DNA from: Longimicrobiales bacterium
GTDB lineage: Bacteria > Gemmatimonadota > Gemmatimonadetes > Longimicrobiales > Gaopeijiaceae
Assembly: GCA_965218295.1 (NCBI GenBank)
Contig: CBDCKN010000006.1
Span: 8,712-72,711 of the forward strand
Direction of reading: 5' to 3'
Length of the DNA stretch: 64,000 nt
Shown one piece after another: positions 1 to 11,944 of the stretch. Every line of letters starts with the position of its first letter. Position 1 is the stretch's first letter. The notes under the pieces are model-generated. The model was given only the letters and a program-made list of their open reading frames with translations, was not told where the DNA came from and ran no database searches. The translations under genes and the position numbers were made by a program.

Positions 1-192
1 CATCTCCAGATGAAAGCACGTCGGTCGACAGGGTTGACGGAGGTGAGGTGAGCCGGTCGCAAGCCACGAGTTCGGATGGCCTGCTGATCGGACGAGCCCA
101 ACGGGGCGAGCCAGGACCGCTCGCCGCGAAAGTGTTATCCTTTTCGGACTGCGCCGGACCCTCCGGGCCCGGCGCGGTCCTTTGCGTATCCG

Positions 193-1598
193 GTGCCACC
201 TCGATTCCCCGTGCTCATGCGCGTCGTTCGCCAAATGGTCCCCGTGAAGGGCGACTTCACCGCTCTGATCCGCCTGGCCATGCCCGTGGCGGCCGTCCAG
301 GTGGGCGTCATGCTCATGGGGGCGGTAGACACCGTCATGGTGGGGCACCTATCGGCCCGCGACCTGGCGGCCGTAGCTCTAGGCAACCTGTACTTCTTCC
401 TGACGGCGAGCTTCGGGCTCGGCACGCTCTTCGCGCTGGATCCCGTGGTCTCCCAAGCCTTCGGAGCCGACGACCGAGCGGGAATCGCCGGTGGTATCCA
501 GCGTGGATTCGTCATAGCCGCCGTCCTCGCCCTCTTCTCTTCGCTTCTGCTGACTCCTGGCCTGCCTTTCTTGACCTTGTTGCGCCAGCCTCCGGACGTG
601 ATTCCGGTGGCGGCCGAGTACGCCCTGGTCTCGATCCCGGGCGTGTTGCCGTTTTATGGTTTCATCGTTCTGCGGCAGAGCCTCCAGGCCATGGGCCGGG
701 TGGCTCCCATCGTCGTGGTCATCGTCGTGGCCAATCTGGCGAACGTTTTCTTCAACTGGGTACTGATCTTCGGCAACTTGGGGTTCCCGGCCATGGGAGC
801 GGTGGGATCCGGATGGGCGACCACGCTCAGCAGATGGGTCATGGTCGTGGCCCTCCTGATAGTGGCTTGGCCTGTCCTGCGACCGTACCTCTGGCCCTTG
901 CGGCCCCAGGCGATGGCGGCGGGACCCCTGCTGCGAATGTTCCGGCTCGGCGCGCCCATCGGCGTCCAGTTCTTTCTCGAGTTCGGTGTGTTCGGCGTCA
1001 TCGGGATCAGCATGGGGTGGTTGGGGACCATTCCCATGGCGAGCCACCAGGTGGCTATCAACTTGGCAAGCCTCACCTTCATGGCCGCCGTGGGGGTCAC
1101 GCAGGCGTGCGCGGTCCTTGTGGGGCAGGCCGTAGGGGCGGGGGATCCGGCGCAGGCCAGGCGCTCGGCGGGTGCGGGTCTCCTCTTCGTCGGTGGCATG
1201 ATGACATTTTTCGGCGTCACGTTCCTGAGTGTTCCCGGAGTGCTGGCGCGGATCTACAGCACGGACATGGTGGTGGTGGCCTGGCGGCTACACTCATTCC
1301 CGTGGCTGGGATCTTCCAGGTCTTCGACGGGCTGCAAGCGGTGGCCTCGGGCGTGCTGCGGGGAGTCGGCGACACCCTGGCACCCATGGTGGTGAACCTG
1401 GTCGGCTTCTGGCTCATCGGGCTGCCCATCAGCCTCTACTTTGGCTTCCGGGCAGGTTTTGGCCCCCTGGGCCTCTGGTGGGGGATGGCTGCGGGCCTGG
1501 GAGCCGTCGCGGTGTTCCTACTGATGCGAGTGCGTGTTCGCTTTGGACGGGATCTCGCGAGGCTGCACCTCGAGGAAGGTGTTGAGGTCGGGGTCTAG
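193..1598 (+). CDS. MATE-family (NorM-like) multidrug efflux transporter, frameshifted near 1280
   Basis: ORF 193..1395 has MATE motifs (DTVMVGHL, AAVALG, RLGAPIG). The C-terminus (FQVFDGLQAVASGVLRGVGDT) is in the frame ending at 1598. One extra C in GTGGCC|TGGCG would join the frames. Start uncertain. Confidence 0.85.
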
Positions 1599-1623
1599 GG
1601 TCCGTCCGAGCAATGGGGTGCGG

Positions 1624-3872
1624 CTAGCCCTCCGATCGGTCGCCTCCGCCAGTAGAGCCGTCGTCTCGCTTGGTCTCGCCGAGAAGCTCTTCCATCTCCT
1701 CGTCAGTGAGCCCTATACTGTCGAAGTCGACATCGTCGTGGCTCCCTCCGACGGGTGACGGATCCGGCGCCACAGGCGCCGGGGACTTTGTCGACTGTGG
1801 TACGACGTCCGCCTTGGAAGAGGTCCCGGCGGAATCCTCACGCGTCGCCTCGTCACTTGGCTTGGGGGTCGCCTTCGTGATGGGCTCGCCTCGCCAGGCC
1901 CCCAGAACCTCGATGAGCTCCTTGCTGTCCCGTGTGCGGAAGAAGTATGCCCGCCCCTTCGTGGGCCGCATGTAGATACCGGGCCGGATCAACCCCATCG
2001 ACATAGGGAAGCAGCGGAAGAGGTCCTTGCTGAGCCAGACCTTGTGGAAGCGTCGCAGCGAGATCTCCTCGAGATCCTCGGGCTTGAAGACCCTGGAGCG
2101 ATACGCCAGCGACTTGACTCGCAGGTGATCCGGGAAGATCAGGAGCTTCCTGGGAAAGCGAGACAGATAGACCAGGAACAGAGCTAGGACCGAGAAGAGC
2201 ATTAGGGCATAGCTCGCCGTTCGGATCGTGTAATCGTCCACCGTCGCCACATAGGTGAGCGTGATCCACTGGAGGCCGAAGAAGGTGAGTCGGGCCAGGA
2301 CGAGGCCCACACCCCCGATGGCTAGGACCGCCACGACCCCGAAAACGATGGGCATTCGGAATCGTGCCACATACCGGATGTCGCTCATCGTGACTGGGCT
2401 CGTGAGGCCCCATCCGACGATCCGAACGGCCACCCACACGAGGATCAGAAGAGCCGCCACCATGATCCCCTGGGTGACCGGATGGATGTGCAAGACGGAC
2501 AGGACCTGCCGCTCGGGCACCAGGTTTCGCGCCGCGAACGAGGCGATCTCTTTCTGGGTCACGCCCTCGTAGAACCCGAGGACGTCCGGGAAGTCCGTGA
2601 ACGTGTCCGGGTCGTAGAAGTTGCGGTGCACCCAGAAGTTCAGGGCCGCCGACGTCTGATTTCCGCTCCGGAGACGCTCGATGATGGCCGTCCGGTCCGC
2701 CTCGAAGGCGATGGGGTCCAGGGTGCCGGTCCGGAGTGCTTCGATCTCCTCCTCGATGACACCGAGAGCGAAGTCGTATTCATCTTCGTCGATAGAGCCT
2801 CTCACCTGGAGGAACCCGGCGGGGCCCCTCTTGGAGGACGCCACCTGGAGGCTGTAGACCGCCTTCTGCTCACCATAGCGCAGGCGCTGGTTGAGGCGCC
2901 GATTGAGCAGATCCCGTGTGAAGAGGATCATGAGCTCGTCCTCGGCGCTGGGGTGGTAGAACTTATAGCGCGCCGTGTAGCGCACGTTGGAGGGAAAGCC
3001 CCAGGCGTAGGTGGCACTCATCCTGTTCGGATCCTGAATGGCGATCTCGCGGGGAGAAACCGAGCGTCTCGGGAGAGTTCCGAAAGTGCTCTCAGCCGTT
3101 GCCAGCGCTTCGTCACGAGCCAGGTCACCTACGATCGTGAGGGTCATGGCCGCCGGCACGTAGCAGGTGTCGTAGAAGCCGCGCAGGTCCTCCGGCGTGA
3201 TGGCGTGTAGGGTGGCCCATCGGTCCAGTGGCCGAAGGCCGCGCGTGTTCATCCCGTACTCTTTTTGCCAGAAGTCGGGTGGCATGAGCACGGATGGGTT
3301 GATGAACGCCCAAACGTGCTCGAAGATCTCACGGGGCCTGGTGTTCGTCTCGAGGGCGATAGGCTGCCGATTTCGCTCCACCACCTCCGGATCCATGGCG
3401 TGGGGCGAGACGATACGGGAGAGCCACTCGATGGCGAAGAGCCCGTGTCGCTTGTCGATGGTGGCGTAGTACCAGGTGTGATCCGCCGTGGTGAAGCCGT
3501 TGCGCCGTCCTCCGAGTCCCTCGATGGCGTCCTTCACCTCCTGCTCGGATCGACCCTCGTGGTCCGAGAAGAGCATGTGCTCCGTGAAGTGGGCCAGGCC
3601 TTCCTTTCCGCGAGGATCCCAGTACGAGCCGAACGGGACCGCGACGCTGACGGAGACGTTGGGGGCGTCGGACAGACGCTTGAACCAGACCTTGAGCCCG
3701 TTGGCGAGAAAGTGCGTCTCGAAGGCGAGAAGGGATTTGCTCCCGGCTGTCGGACGGGATCGACCGCGTCCGCGGCCTGGGCGAACGAGTCCGGCTCCTG
3801 CGCCCGGCCGAAGCCGGGCGTCATGAGCAGTCCCGCGAGGAGGGTAGCCGTGGCGGCTGATTTTGGGCTCAT
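1624..3872 (-). CDS. M16 (insulinase-like) metallopeptidase with signal peptide and C-terminal membrane segments, frameshifted near 3729
   Basis: Reading upstream of 3576 in frame gives THFLANGLKVW...GSYWDPRGKEGLAHFTEHMLF (HxxEH), then NGFT. A signal-peptide-like MSPKSAATATLLAGLL starts at 3872 in another frame. Confidence 0.8.
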
Positions 3873-4069
3873 TACCGTCACTTTCGAGCAGTTCTTTCCG
3901 TGGTGTTCAGCATAGCGCCACCTCGCTGCCGAGCAAAGGAGCTCTCCTGACAGTGGGACGGTTGCCGGGCCGGAGATGCGCTGACACCTTTCGGCGTGAC
4001 TCGGCGGGGAGTCCTCGGACTGCCGGGGTCTCCACACAAATGGGACGACCGAAAGCCGCATACGGTTCC

Positions 4070-4630
4070 ATGTCTTTTCGTTTCGAGCGACTCGAGATAC
4101 CGGACGTGATCCGGATCACACCGGCCCGGTACGGCGATCAGCGGGGCTTCTTTTCGGAGACGTACCGTGCATCCGCTTTCGAGGAAGGCGGGGTGCCGGA
4201 CATCTTCGTCCAGGACAACCACGCTCGTTCCACCCGTGGCGTGTTGCGTGGTCTGCACTTCCAGGCGCCACCGCAGGCCCAGGCCAAGCTCGTCTGCGTC
4301 GTCCATGGCGAGGTCTTCGACGTGGCGGTGGATCTGCGGGTCGGATCGCCCACCTTCGGCGGCTGGGTGGGAGGGGTGCTTTCTGGAGAAGAGGGGGAGA
4401 TCCTCTACATCCCCCGCGGGTTTGCCCACGGATATCTCTGCCTGAGCGAAGCGGCGGACCTGGTTTACAAGGTATCCGCCGAGTTCGACGCGGACCTCGA
4501 CGGCGGCATCGCTTGGGACGACCCTTCGGTGGGGATCCCGTGGCCGCTCAACGATCCCGTTCTCTCGGAGCGTGATCAGACGCTACCCCTTCTCCAGGAT
4601 GCCTTCAGTCCCTTCCGGTACGGAGAATGA
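4070..4630 (+). CDS. rfbC: dTDP-4-dehydrorhamnose 3,5-epimerase
   Basis: DQRGFFSE, FVQDNHARS, GVLRGLHFQ, GFAHG and WDDP motifs; ATG at 4070. Confidence 0.95.
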   Translation: MSFRFERLEIPDVIRITPARYGDQRGFFSETYRASAFEEGGVPDIFVQDNHARSTRGVLRGLHFQAPPQAQAKLVCVVHGEVFDVAVDLRVGSPTFGGWVGGVLSGEEGEILYIPRGFAHGYLCLSEAADLVYKVSAEFDADLDGGIAWDDPSVGIPWPLNDPVLSERDQTLPLLQDAFSPFRYGE

Positions 4631-4998
4631 CGGACGCCACGCAGCAGGCACCCGGCGAGAATCCGTCGGAGCCCTGGATTGAAACCCGCGAGGGCATGCT
4701 CTTCTTCGTGAATGCCCTCTTCGTCATTCCGGAGTACTGCGTGCTCTTTCCCCTGGGGCTGCGGACACTCCTCCGAGGCCTCGGGCTGGGGCAGCCCTCA
4801 GTGTTCCTGGACACGCTCCCGACGTTGGCGACTCACTTCTTGCCCTACGTGGGTTGGATCCTGCTCCTGCCTATCGGTCTCATCTTCAAGAACTTCAAAG
4901 TGGACCGTAGCCGGTGGCGGCGGGGCGTTCTCGCGCTCTTCCTGCTCTCCCACGTCGGCTTCTTGAGGTACACCGTCTACCTGTGGTTCGGGATCTGA
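4627..4998 (+). CDS. hypothetical membrane protein
   Basis: ATGA overlap with rfbC; about three hydrophobic segments. Confidence 0.65.
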   Translation: MTDATQQAPGENPSEPWIETREGMLFFVNALFVIPEYCVLFPLGLRTLLRGLGLGQPSVFLDTLPTLATHFLPYVGWILLLPIGLIFKNFKVDRSRWRRGVLALFLLSHVGFLRYTVYLWFGI

Positions 4999-5006
4999 GG
5001 CGACAC

Positions 5007-5669
5007 GTGGACGAGCACCACATCCAGGTCTCCAGGACGGCCCGCTAATTCACCCTGGGCACCGCCGGCCCCGACACGCGCCAGCTGTGGCTCGTCTGCC
5101 ATGGATACCGACAGCTCGCCCGGCGATTCCTACGCCGTTTCCGGGGCCTGGATGAAGGCTCTCGCCTCATCGTGGCGCCCGAAGGCCTGTCGCGCTTCTA
5201 CCTCGACGACGGCACACGCCAGCACGGTCCCGACGATACCATCGGCGCCACGTGGATGACCAGAGAGGACCGGCTGAGTGAGATCCGCGACTACACACGG
5301 TATCTCGATGCGGTCGTCGAAGAGGTGCAGGAGGAGATGGGTGGACCGCCCGAGGGCCTCATCGTCCTGGGCTTCTCCCAGGGGGTCCACACGGCCTGCC
5401 GGTGGGTGGTCGCGGGAGAGATGCCCGTACGGCTGCTAGTCTGTTGGGGCGCCTACCCGCCCGACGACCTCGACGGGGAGCGGGGCCCCGCCCGCCTAGC
5501 CGGCACTGATCTGGTGCTGGCTCGTGGTCTGTCGGACCACTACGTCTCGGACGCGGCCCACCGACGCCAAGAGGCAAGGCTGGCGGAAATGGGCGTCCCA
5601 TTTCGCACGCTGACGCATCCCGGCGGCCACGACCTGGACGGAGATCTCCTGCGGGAGCTTGCCGGGTAG
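5007..5669 (+). pseudogene. phospholipase/carboxylesterase (alpha/beta hydrolase) with in-frame TAA at 5046-5048
   Basis: GTG at 5007 reads MDEHHIQVSRTAR*FTLG...VCHGY...APEGLSRFY...GFSQG...GGH. One base change restores a Tyr codon. Confidence 0.75.
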
Positions 5670-5675
5670 CCTACC

Positions 5676-6620
5676 TCAGAACTCCCCCACGAAGGTGATC
5701 TCCGGAACCAGGTCGTGGCCCTGCTCCCGGGCCACGGTCTCCTGAGCAAGGTCGATGAGGGCCCGGACGTCGGCTGACGTGGCTCCCCCCAGGTTGACGA
5801 TGATGTTGGCGTGCCCGGAGAAGATCTGAGCGCCCCCGTGTACTCGCCCCTTGAGGCCACACTCGTCGATGAGCCGTCCCGCCCCGATCCCTTCGATTTT
5901 CTTGAAGATCGACCCGGCGCTGGCGTGGACCCGGAGGTCCGGATGCCGGTCCTTGCGCCACTCGAGATTTTCGCTCATGACCCGGCGAAGCTCCTCTTCG
6001 GGTGCTCGCGCAAGGCGAAAGTCCACGGACAGGACCACGTCGTCCCGTTCGTGCAGGATGCTGTAATCGTATCCGAAATCGAAGTAGTCCCGATCCACCG
6101 TGCGCCGCTCGCCCTCTTCGGTGAGGATCTCGGCGGCCTCGACTATCTCTTCGATGAAGATCGTGCGCTCTCGCTCCGGGGCGGGGGAGAGGAAGTGCAG
6201 GTTCTGCCACATGGCCCCTCCCACCGTGCTCGGGATGCCAACGAAGTGATGGAGACCGGCCAGTCCTCGGCTGACGGTGGCCTCGATGAGATCCGGGTAG
6301 GTGTCGACTCCGGAGCCGGCCCTCACCAGATCCGACTCGAGGAAGTCCACAGCCCGTACCTCACAGCGGATCACGACGCCGCGGAATCCACCGTCGCCCA
6401 CGAGAACGTTGGCGCCCTTACCTAGCAGAAAGTGCGGAATCCCCAACTCCCGTACAGCCAGGACCGATTCGACGAGCTCGTCGGCGGTACGAGCACGAAA
6501 CAGCCGGTCCGCCGTCCCTCCGATCCTGAACGTGGTGAGAGGTGCCAGGGGGGCGTCCACCTCGAGCCGCTCCGAGCCCAGCCTGCGCTCGAGCTCGCTG
6601 AAGGGCTGGGTGTCCGCCAT
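5676..6620 (-). CDS. murB: UDP-N-acetylenolpyruvoylglucosamine reductase
   Basis: TTFRIGG, GKGANVLV, GIPSTVGGA, SAGSIFK and HANIIVN motifs; GGAG upstream of ATG 6620. Confidence 0.93.
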   Translation of the reverse strand: MADTQPFSELERRLGSERLEVDAPLAPLTTFRIGGTADRLFRARTADELVESVLAVRELGIPHFLLGKGANVLVGDGGFRGVVIRCEVRAVDFLESDLVRAGSGVDTYPDLIEATVSRGLAGLHHFVGIPSTVGGAMWQNLHFLSPAPERERTIFIEEIVEAAEILTEEGERRTVDRDYFDFGYDYSILHERDDVVLSVDFRLARAPEEELRRVMSENLEWRKDRHPDLRVHASAGSIFKKIEGIGAGRLIDECGLKGRVHGGAQIFSGHANIIVNLGGATSADVRALIDLAQETVAREQGHDLVPEITFVGEF

Positions 6621-6776
6621 CGTTCTCCGGTCTCTCTCGGTTGTCTTCATCTGGTCGGGCCGCGGCAAGATAGGCTAGCATTGAAGTCGCAGAAACAGAT
6701 GTGCATGAAGCGGGCCACTTCCGGCCGGCCGTGATCGTGCCGGCTGAGGCCTCGGGAAGGGCGAGGAGCCGGGCTC

Positions 6777-7307
6777 CTAGTTCTCCCCCTCGCGGTGGTA
6801 GTGTCCGTCGAAGGCCACGGACCAGTTCTTACCGTCGTCGATGGACGTCTCCCAGAGCTGCCGAACATGATCCGGGTCCCCGTTCACAACCGACCAGGTG
6901 ATGCGGTTAATGATGGGAACGCCGCCCCGGCCGATTCCCGGACCTTCGGGGACCATGCTCCCCTCGTCGAGCTCGCCCTCTAGCTGAAGCAGGAGCCCTC
7001 CGCTGTCGACCCAGCTCTGGTGCCACACCCCGCGGGTGCCGTCGTAAATGTTGAAGCTCTCCCCAGCGTAGCCCCCGGGGGTCGTGTAGCTCTCGTGAAG
7101 GAAGCATTCACCCCTGCGTAGGATGGTGTTGTGCCCGACGACGGTGCCGTCGGGACGCTCCACCCGCCAGCTCCCCACCCAGAAGTCGAACTGGCGATGC
7201 TCCGGCCCGGTGCAGGCCTGCGTCTGGGCGGAAAGGCCGGCCGGCATGGCCAAAGACCCGGAGACCAGCAGGACGGGGAGGAGGTGCCGGAGTCGAATGG
7301 GGGACAT
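6777..7307 (-). CDS. secreted hypothetical protein (FDFWVGxW motif)
   Basis: N-terminal signal peptide; coherent ORF; no function recognised. Confidence 0.7.
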   Translation of the reverse strand: MSPIRLRHLLPVLLVSGSLAMPAGLSAQTQACTGPEHRQFDFWVGSWRVERPDGTVVGHNTILRRGECFLHESYTTPGGYAGESFNIYDGTRGVWHQSWVDSGGLLLQLEGELDEGSMVPEGPGIGRGGVPIINRITWSVVNGDPDHVRQLWETSIDDGKNWSVAFDGHYHREGEN

Positions 7308-7532
7308 AACGGGCGTCCTCGATGTTCAACGCGAAACTGGTGCTCGTGATGGCCAACATACGCTCAGCCTTTAGTGTCTGCACGGATCCTCCCGGCAGGT
7401 GAGCTCGTTTTCATATGTGTTCGCTAATGGGAAAGAGGATCCCGCAGGCGAGCAGATCGAACGGGATACCGGAAGGGCGTGCGGCGCATGTAAACCATTC
7501 ATATGAAATAGGTTAAGTGAAATTCCAGACTC

Positions 7533-7548
7533 TGGCACGAAGATTTCC
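7533..7548 (+). promoter_or_regulatory. possible sigma-54 promoter upstream of tolC (imperfect -12)
   Basis: TGGCACG-AAGA-TTTCC versus consensus TGGCACG-N4-TTGC; preceded by an AT-rich tract. Confidence 0.4.
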
Positions 7549-8379
7549 TAGGAAGTGGACGAATGCGGACTGTGGGATTCGATCGGAGGGTGCGGTGCAC
7601 GGCGCCGTAGTGGCGGTTGGCGAAGTTAGCTGGCTCCGGTCGAATCCCTTTCCGCTTTTTCGATACCAAGCGGCACTGTGGAGGTAGGACGTGATGCGAG
7701 TCCTGGATCTCGATATGAACCATGCGAAGCGAGCCCTGACCATGACTGCGGCGGCCTTGATGGCCACGGCGGCTATGGCGCTTGGGCAGGAAACAGTACG
7801 ACTGACCCTCGAGGGCGCCATCGACCTCGCCCGACAGAACAACCCGACCTTCTTGGCCACCCAAAACGACGAGGCCGCTTCGGACTGGGCCGTGAGGGAA
7901 GCGGTCACCAACCTGTTCATTCCATCCCTCACGACCTTCGGGCAGTTAGCCTTTCGGGCTCCAGGCGTATCGCGGATCGGGACGATCAACACCGGCGGCG
8001 TCGACCAGGGCGCTCTGCACACTTCGTTCTATCTGGTCCAAGCCTCCTACACCTTCGATGGAAACACCATCTTCGGCGTGAGCAGCGCCAGGGCCGATCG
8101 AAAGGCCACCCATGCGCGCACAGAGGCGGCGGAGTTCACCATGGAATCACTGGTGACGCTCCAGTACATGACTGCCCTCCGTGCCCGGGATCAGGTGGAG
8201 GTCGCCCGGCGCCAGGTCGAGCGCTCCCTCGAAGACCTCGAGATCGCACAGGCTCGTGTGGATGCCCAGGCCGCCATCGTCACCGACGCCAAGCAGGCCC
8301 AGGTGCAGATGGGCCGGGACTCGGTGGCGCTGCTCCAGTTCGAGTCGGCGCGTCGGGTGGAGACGTTCCGCCTCCTGGA

Positions 8380-9758
8380 GAGCTAGGATCAAAGGGTGTG
8401 TAAAAAGAGAGGCGACGTACCTTTCCGCTGAGTAATAACCAGCGAACTCCGGGTGACAGCCCGGGGGAAAGGAACGACGCCTCGTGAGGAAGAATACGGT
8501 GGGACCCGAGGGTGAGTCCAGGACGCCCGTGTGGGAAGTTCTGGAAGAAGTGGTTCGGGAGAAGGCGCAGGAGTTCATTCAACAGATCTTGGAGGAGGAA
8601 GTCACGGAGTTGCTAGGGCGAGAGAAGTCAGAGCGCAGGAGGGTGGTGGACGCGACCGAGGGCTACCGCAACGGATACGGCAAGCCGAGGCGGCCTGGCG
8701 ATGAGCTCGGGCACGATCACACTCCGACGCCCTCGAGTTCGAGGCCTTGAGGAGCGGTTCGAGAGCCGCGTGCTGCCGTTGTTCGCGAGGCGGACGAAGG
8801 AGCTGGGCGCTCTGCTTCCGGAGCTGTATCTGCACGGACTGGCGGAGGGAGACTTCGAGTTGGCGATGCGGGGCCTGCTGGGCGAGGGGGCACCGCTGTC
8901 GAAGTCTTCGATTCGGCGGCTGCGGGCGGGATGGACGGCGGAGTTCGAGGAATGGAGCCAGCGTCGCCTGGAGGGTCGTGAGGTCGTCTACGTGTGGGCG
9001 GACGGGATCTATGTGAAGGCAGGGCTGGAGCGGGACAAAGCGGCGCTGCTGGTGGTGCTGGGTGCCATGCGAGACGGGACGAAAGAGGTGTTGGCCCTGA
9101 GAGCGGGCTACCGAGAGTCGGTCGAGTCCTGGTCCGAGGTGTTGCGGGACCTGAAGGCACGCGGCATCGAGGCGCCCCGGCTTCTGATGGCGGACGGTAA
9201 CGCTGCGATCTGGGGCGCAGTACGGCAGGTATGGCCTGAGGCGGGTGAGCAACGGTGCTGGAACCACAAGATGAGGAACGTGCTGGACCGACTACCTCAG
9301 CGGGAGCAGGGCGAGGCGAAGGATCTTCTCCGGGCCGTGGTCTACGCACCGAGCCGGGCCGAGGCCCTGAAGGCCCGCGAGGTGTTCGCCCGACGCTATA
9401 GGCCGTGGTATCCGAAAGCAGTGGACGTACTCGAGGACGACTGGGAGCGGATGGTAGCGTTCTACGACTTCCCCGAGGACCACTGGAAGCATCTACGCAC
9501 GACGAACGTGGTCGAGAGCCCGTTCGCCGCGGTACGGCTCAGGACGACAGCAGCGAAGCGGTTCAAGCGGGTCGAGAGCGCTACGGCGCTAATCTGGAAG
9601 TTGCTCTTGGTGGCTGAGAAGCGGTTCCGAAGGCTCGACGCTCCTCACCTCCTCAAGGACGTATTTGAAGGAAGAAAGTTCGAAGACGGAAAGCCCGTCT
9701 CACACCAACAGCGGAAGAACGCCGCCTAATACGTTTACACACCTATTGACCCAACCTC
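8380..9758 (+). mobile_element. IS256-family insertion sequence, copy 1 (1379 bp)
   Basis: Imperfect 25-bp terminal inverted repeats GAGCTAGGATCAAAGGGTGTGTAAA / TTTACACACCTATTGACCCAACCTC; 8-bp TSD CTCCTGGA at 8372-8379 and 9759-9766. Confidence 0.96.
8484..9729 (+). CDS. IS256-family (Mutator-type DDE) transposase, +1 frameshift at about 8694
   Basis: YRNGY, VWADG, LMADG, QRCWNHK and RTTNVVES motifs; has one extra C relative to copy 2. Confidence 0.9.
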
Positions 9759-10675
9759 CTCCTGGAGACCGTCGGATTGAACATTGAGGACGACGTCGAG
9801 CTCGTGAGCGAGTTCAGCGTGTTCGGACCCACCTGGACCAACACGGCGCTGATCTCTCGTGCTCTGGAGTCGCATCCCCAACTCAAGGCCTTTGTGGCCA
9901 GCGAGGGCGCCCGCAAGGCGAATCTTCGACAGGCCAGAAGCACGTACTTTCCGAGCGTGACGCTCGCTGGCCTGTGGTCCGGCTTCACGCAGGAGATCCA
10001 GAACGGCCAGTTCTTGGTGAACGGCGCGGAGCGCGGAGTCCTGGGGAGCATTGCGGACTGCGAGCTGTTCAACGGCATCTCGGCCGGCCTCAGCACACCC
10101 TTGACGGGATTCCCGCAGGACTGCTCGTCCTTCACCCTCACGGATGCCGGTCGTGCCGCGATCCTCGCGGGCAACGACGTCTTCCCGTTCAACTTCAACA
10201 AGCAGCCTTTTCGGGCAGAGCTGAACATCAGCCTTCCGATCTTCACCGGATTCAGCCGGGAGCGGCAGGTGTCGCAGGCTGCTAACGCCTACGAGGACGC
10301 CGTCCACTTCCGTCGCGCCGAGGAGCTCCGTCTCAGGACCGCGGTCACGTCGGCCCACGACGCCCTGGCGACGGCGTACAACGTGGTACAGGTCGAGGAG
10401 CGGAACCGTGTGGTGGCCGGAGAGCAGCTAGAGCTCGCTCGGGCCCGCTACAGCCTGGGAGCGGACAACTTCCTGGTGCTGCTCGACGCGGAGCGCACGA
10501 TGGCCGACGCGGAACGGGCGTATCTCGACGGGCTGTATACATTCCATATCGAGCTGGCGAACCTGGAGAACGCAGTGGGGTGGAGGCTCCGCCCTGAAGC
10601 ATAGACCGGATAACGACTATTACGTCGAGCGGCCGCGGCTGAGTCGGCGTCGAACCACTAGAGAGTGAGGAAGTC

Positions 10676-11929
10676 GTGGACATCCCCCGTGATCCCAAAC
10701 CGAAGACCAGGAAGAGGGTCATCCAGTGGTCGGTTGCGGCCATCGCCGTCATCCTGATCACGGGTGTGCTCAGAAACCTCCAGCCGGCGGCCCCCAGCGT
10801 GGACGCCGCCACCGTCTGGATGGACACGGTTCAGCATGGGACCATGGTGCGGCAGGTCCGAGGTCCTGGCACGCTGGTGCCCGAGCGGATGCGATGGCTC
10901 ACGGCTCTCACGGCCGGCCGGATCGAGCAGATCATGGTTCTGCCCGGCACGGAGATCGAGGCGAGCACGGTGATCATTCGGATGAGCAATCCGGACGTCG
11001 TAGTGCAGCTGCTCCAGTCCCAGCAGCAGCTCTCCAACGCCGAGGCGGCGCTAATCCAGCTGCGCGCGACATTGCAGACACAGGCCCTCACGCAGGCAGG
11101 ACTGGTGGCCCAGACGCGTACTCTGTATCGGAACGCTCAGCGGGATCATGCCACGAATCAGCGCCTCTACGACACCAACGTGCAGCTCGTGGCCGCCACC
11201 GAGCTTGCCAGAACCGGCGACGCGGTGTCCGAGTTCGGCGAGCGCATCGAGCTCGAGGAGGAGCGGCTCGCCGTCTTGGAGGCCTCCTTCGATGACCAGC
11301 TCAACGCCCAGCAGATCCAGATCAATCGACTCTCGGACATCGTCGAGTTCAATCGGGACCGGGTCGCGTCTCTCGAAGTGACGGCAGGCGTCTCTGGCGT
11401 TTTGGCTGAGATGCCGCTGGAGGAAGGTCAATGGGTCCAGTCCGGTGGTACACTGGCCCGCGTTGTGCAGCCGAGGCGCCTGAAGGCGGAGATCCGAATC
11501 CCCCAGACGCAGGCCCAGGACATCGCGGCCGGCCAGGTGGCGTACATCGACACCCGGAACGACACCATCGTGGGTCGTGTCGTCCGCATCGACCCCTCCG
11601 TGCAAAACGGTACGGTGACGATCGACGTGGCGCTCCCGGCCGAGCTGCCGCGGAGTGCTCGACCTGATCTGAGCGTGGACGGGAACGTGGTGATCCAGCG
11701 ACTGGACGACGTGACCTACGTCGGTCGGCCGGCATACGGCCAGGCCAACCAGCGGGTCGGTATGTTCATCTTGGTGGAGGATGGCCAGTACGCCGTGCGC
11801 GTCAACGTCATGCTCGGGGCCAGCTCGGTCAACGAGATCGAAGTGAAGGAAGGCCTCCAACCCGACGATATCGTGATCCTTTCGGACATGTCCCAGTGGG
11901 ACGGGTTCGATCGGGTTCGCTTGAGGTAG
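10676..11929 (+). CDS. HlyD/MacA-family periplasmic adaptor subunit
   Basis: N-terminal anchor, VRGPGTLVP, coiled-coil hairpin, lipoyl-like half motifs, GLQPDDIVILSD. Confidence 0.9.
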   Translation: MDIPRDPKPKTRKRVIQWSVAAIAVILITGVLRNLQPAAPSVDAATVWMDTVQHGTMVRQVRGPGTLVPERMRWLTALTAGRIEQIMVLPGTEIEASTVIIRMSNPDVVVQLLQSQQQLSNAEAALIQLRATLQTQALTQAGLVAQTRTLYRNAQRDHATNQRLYDTNVQLVAATELARTGDAVSEFGERIELEEERLAVLEASFDDQLNAQQIQINRLSDIVEFNRDRVASLEVTAGVSGVLAEMPLEEGQWVQSGGTLARVVQPRRLKAEIRIPQTQAQDIAAGQVAYIDTRNDTIVGRVVRIDPSVQNGTVTIDVALPAELPRSARPDLSVDGNVVIQRLDDVTYVGRPAYGQANQRVGMFILVEDGQYAVRVNVMLGASSVNEIEVKEGLQPDDIVILSDMSQWDGFDRVRLR

Positions 11930-11944
11930 TAGACGTGAAACAGG

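Larger units (their letters stand above)
7691..10604 (+). pseudogene. TolC-family outer membrane efflux protein interrupted by IS256-family element
   Basis: The 5' part (signal peptide, LTLEGAIDLARQNNP) and 3' part (YFPSVTL, LPIFTGF, ARYSLG) rejoin in frame as FRLLE-TVGLNIEDD once the IS and one copy of the TSD are removed. Confidence 0.9.

Noticed and set aside
5046..5048. Stop-codon recoding in the esterase gene
   Set aside because: TAA is used as a normal stop elsewhere (infC, transposase); a point mutation or base-call error is simpler.
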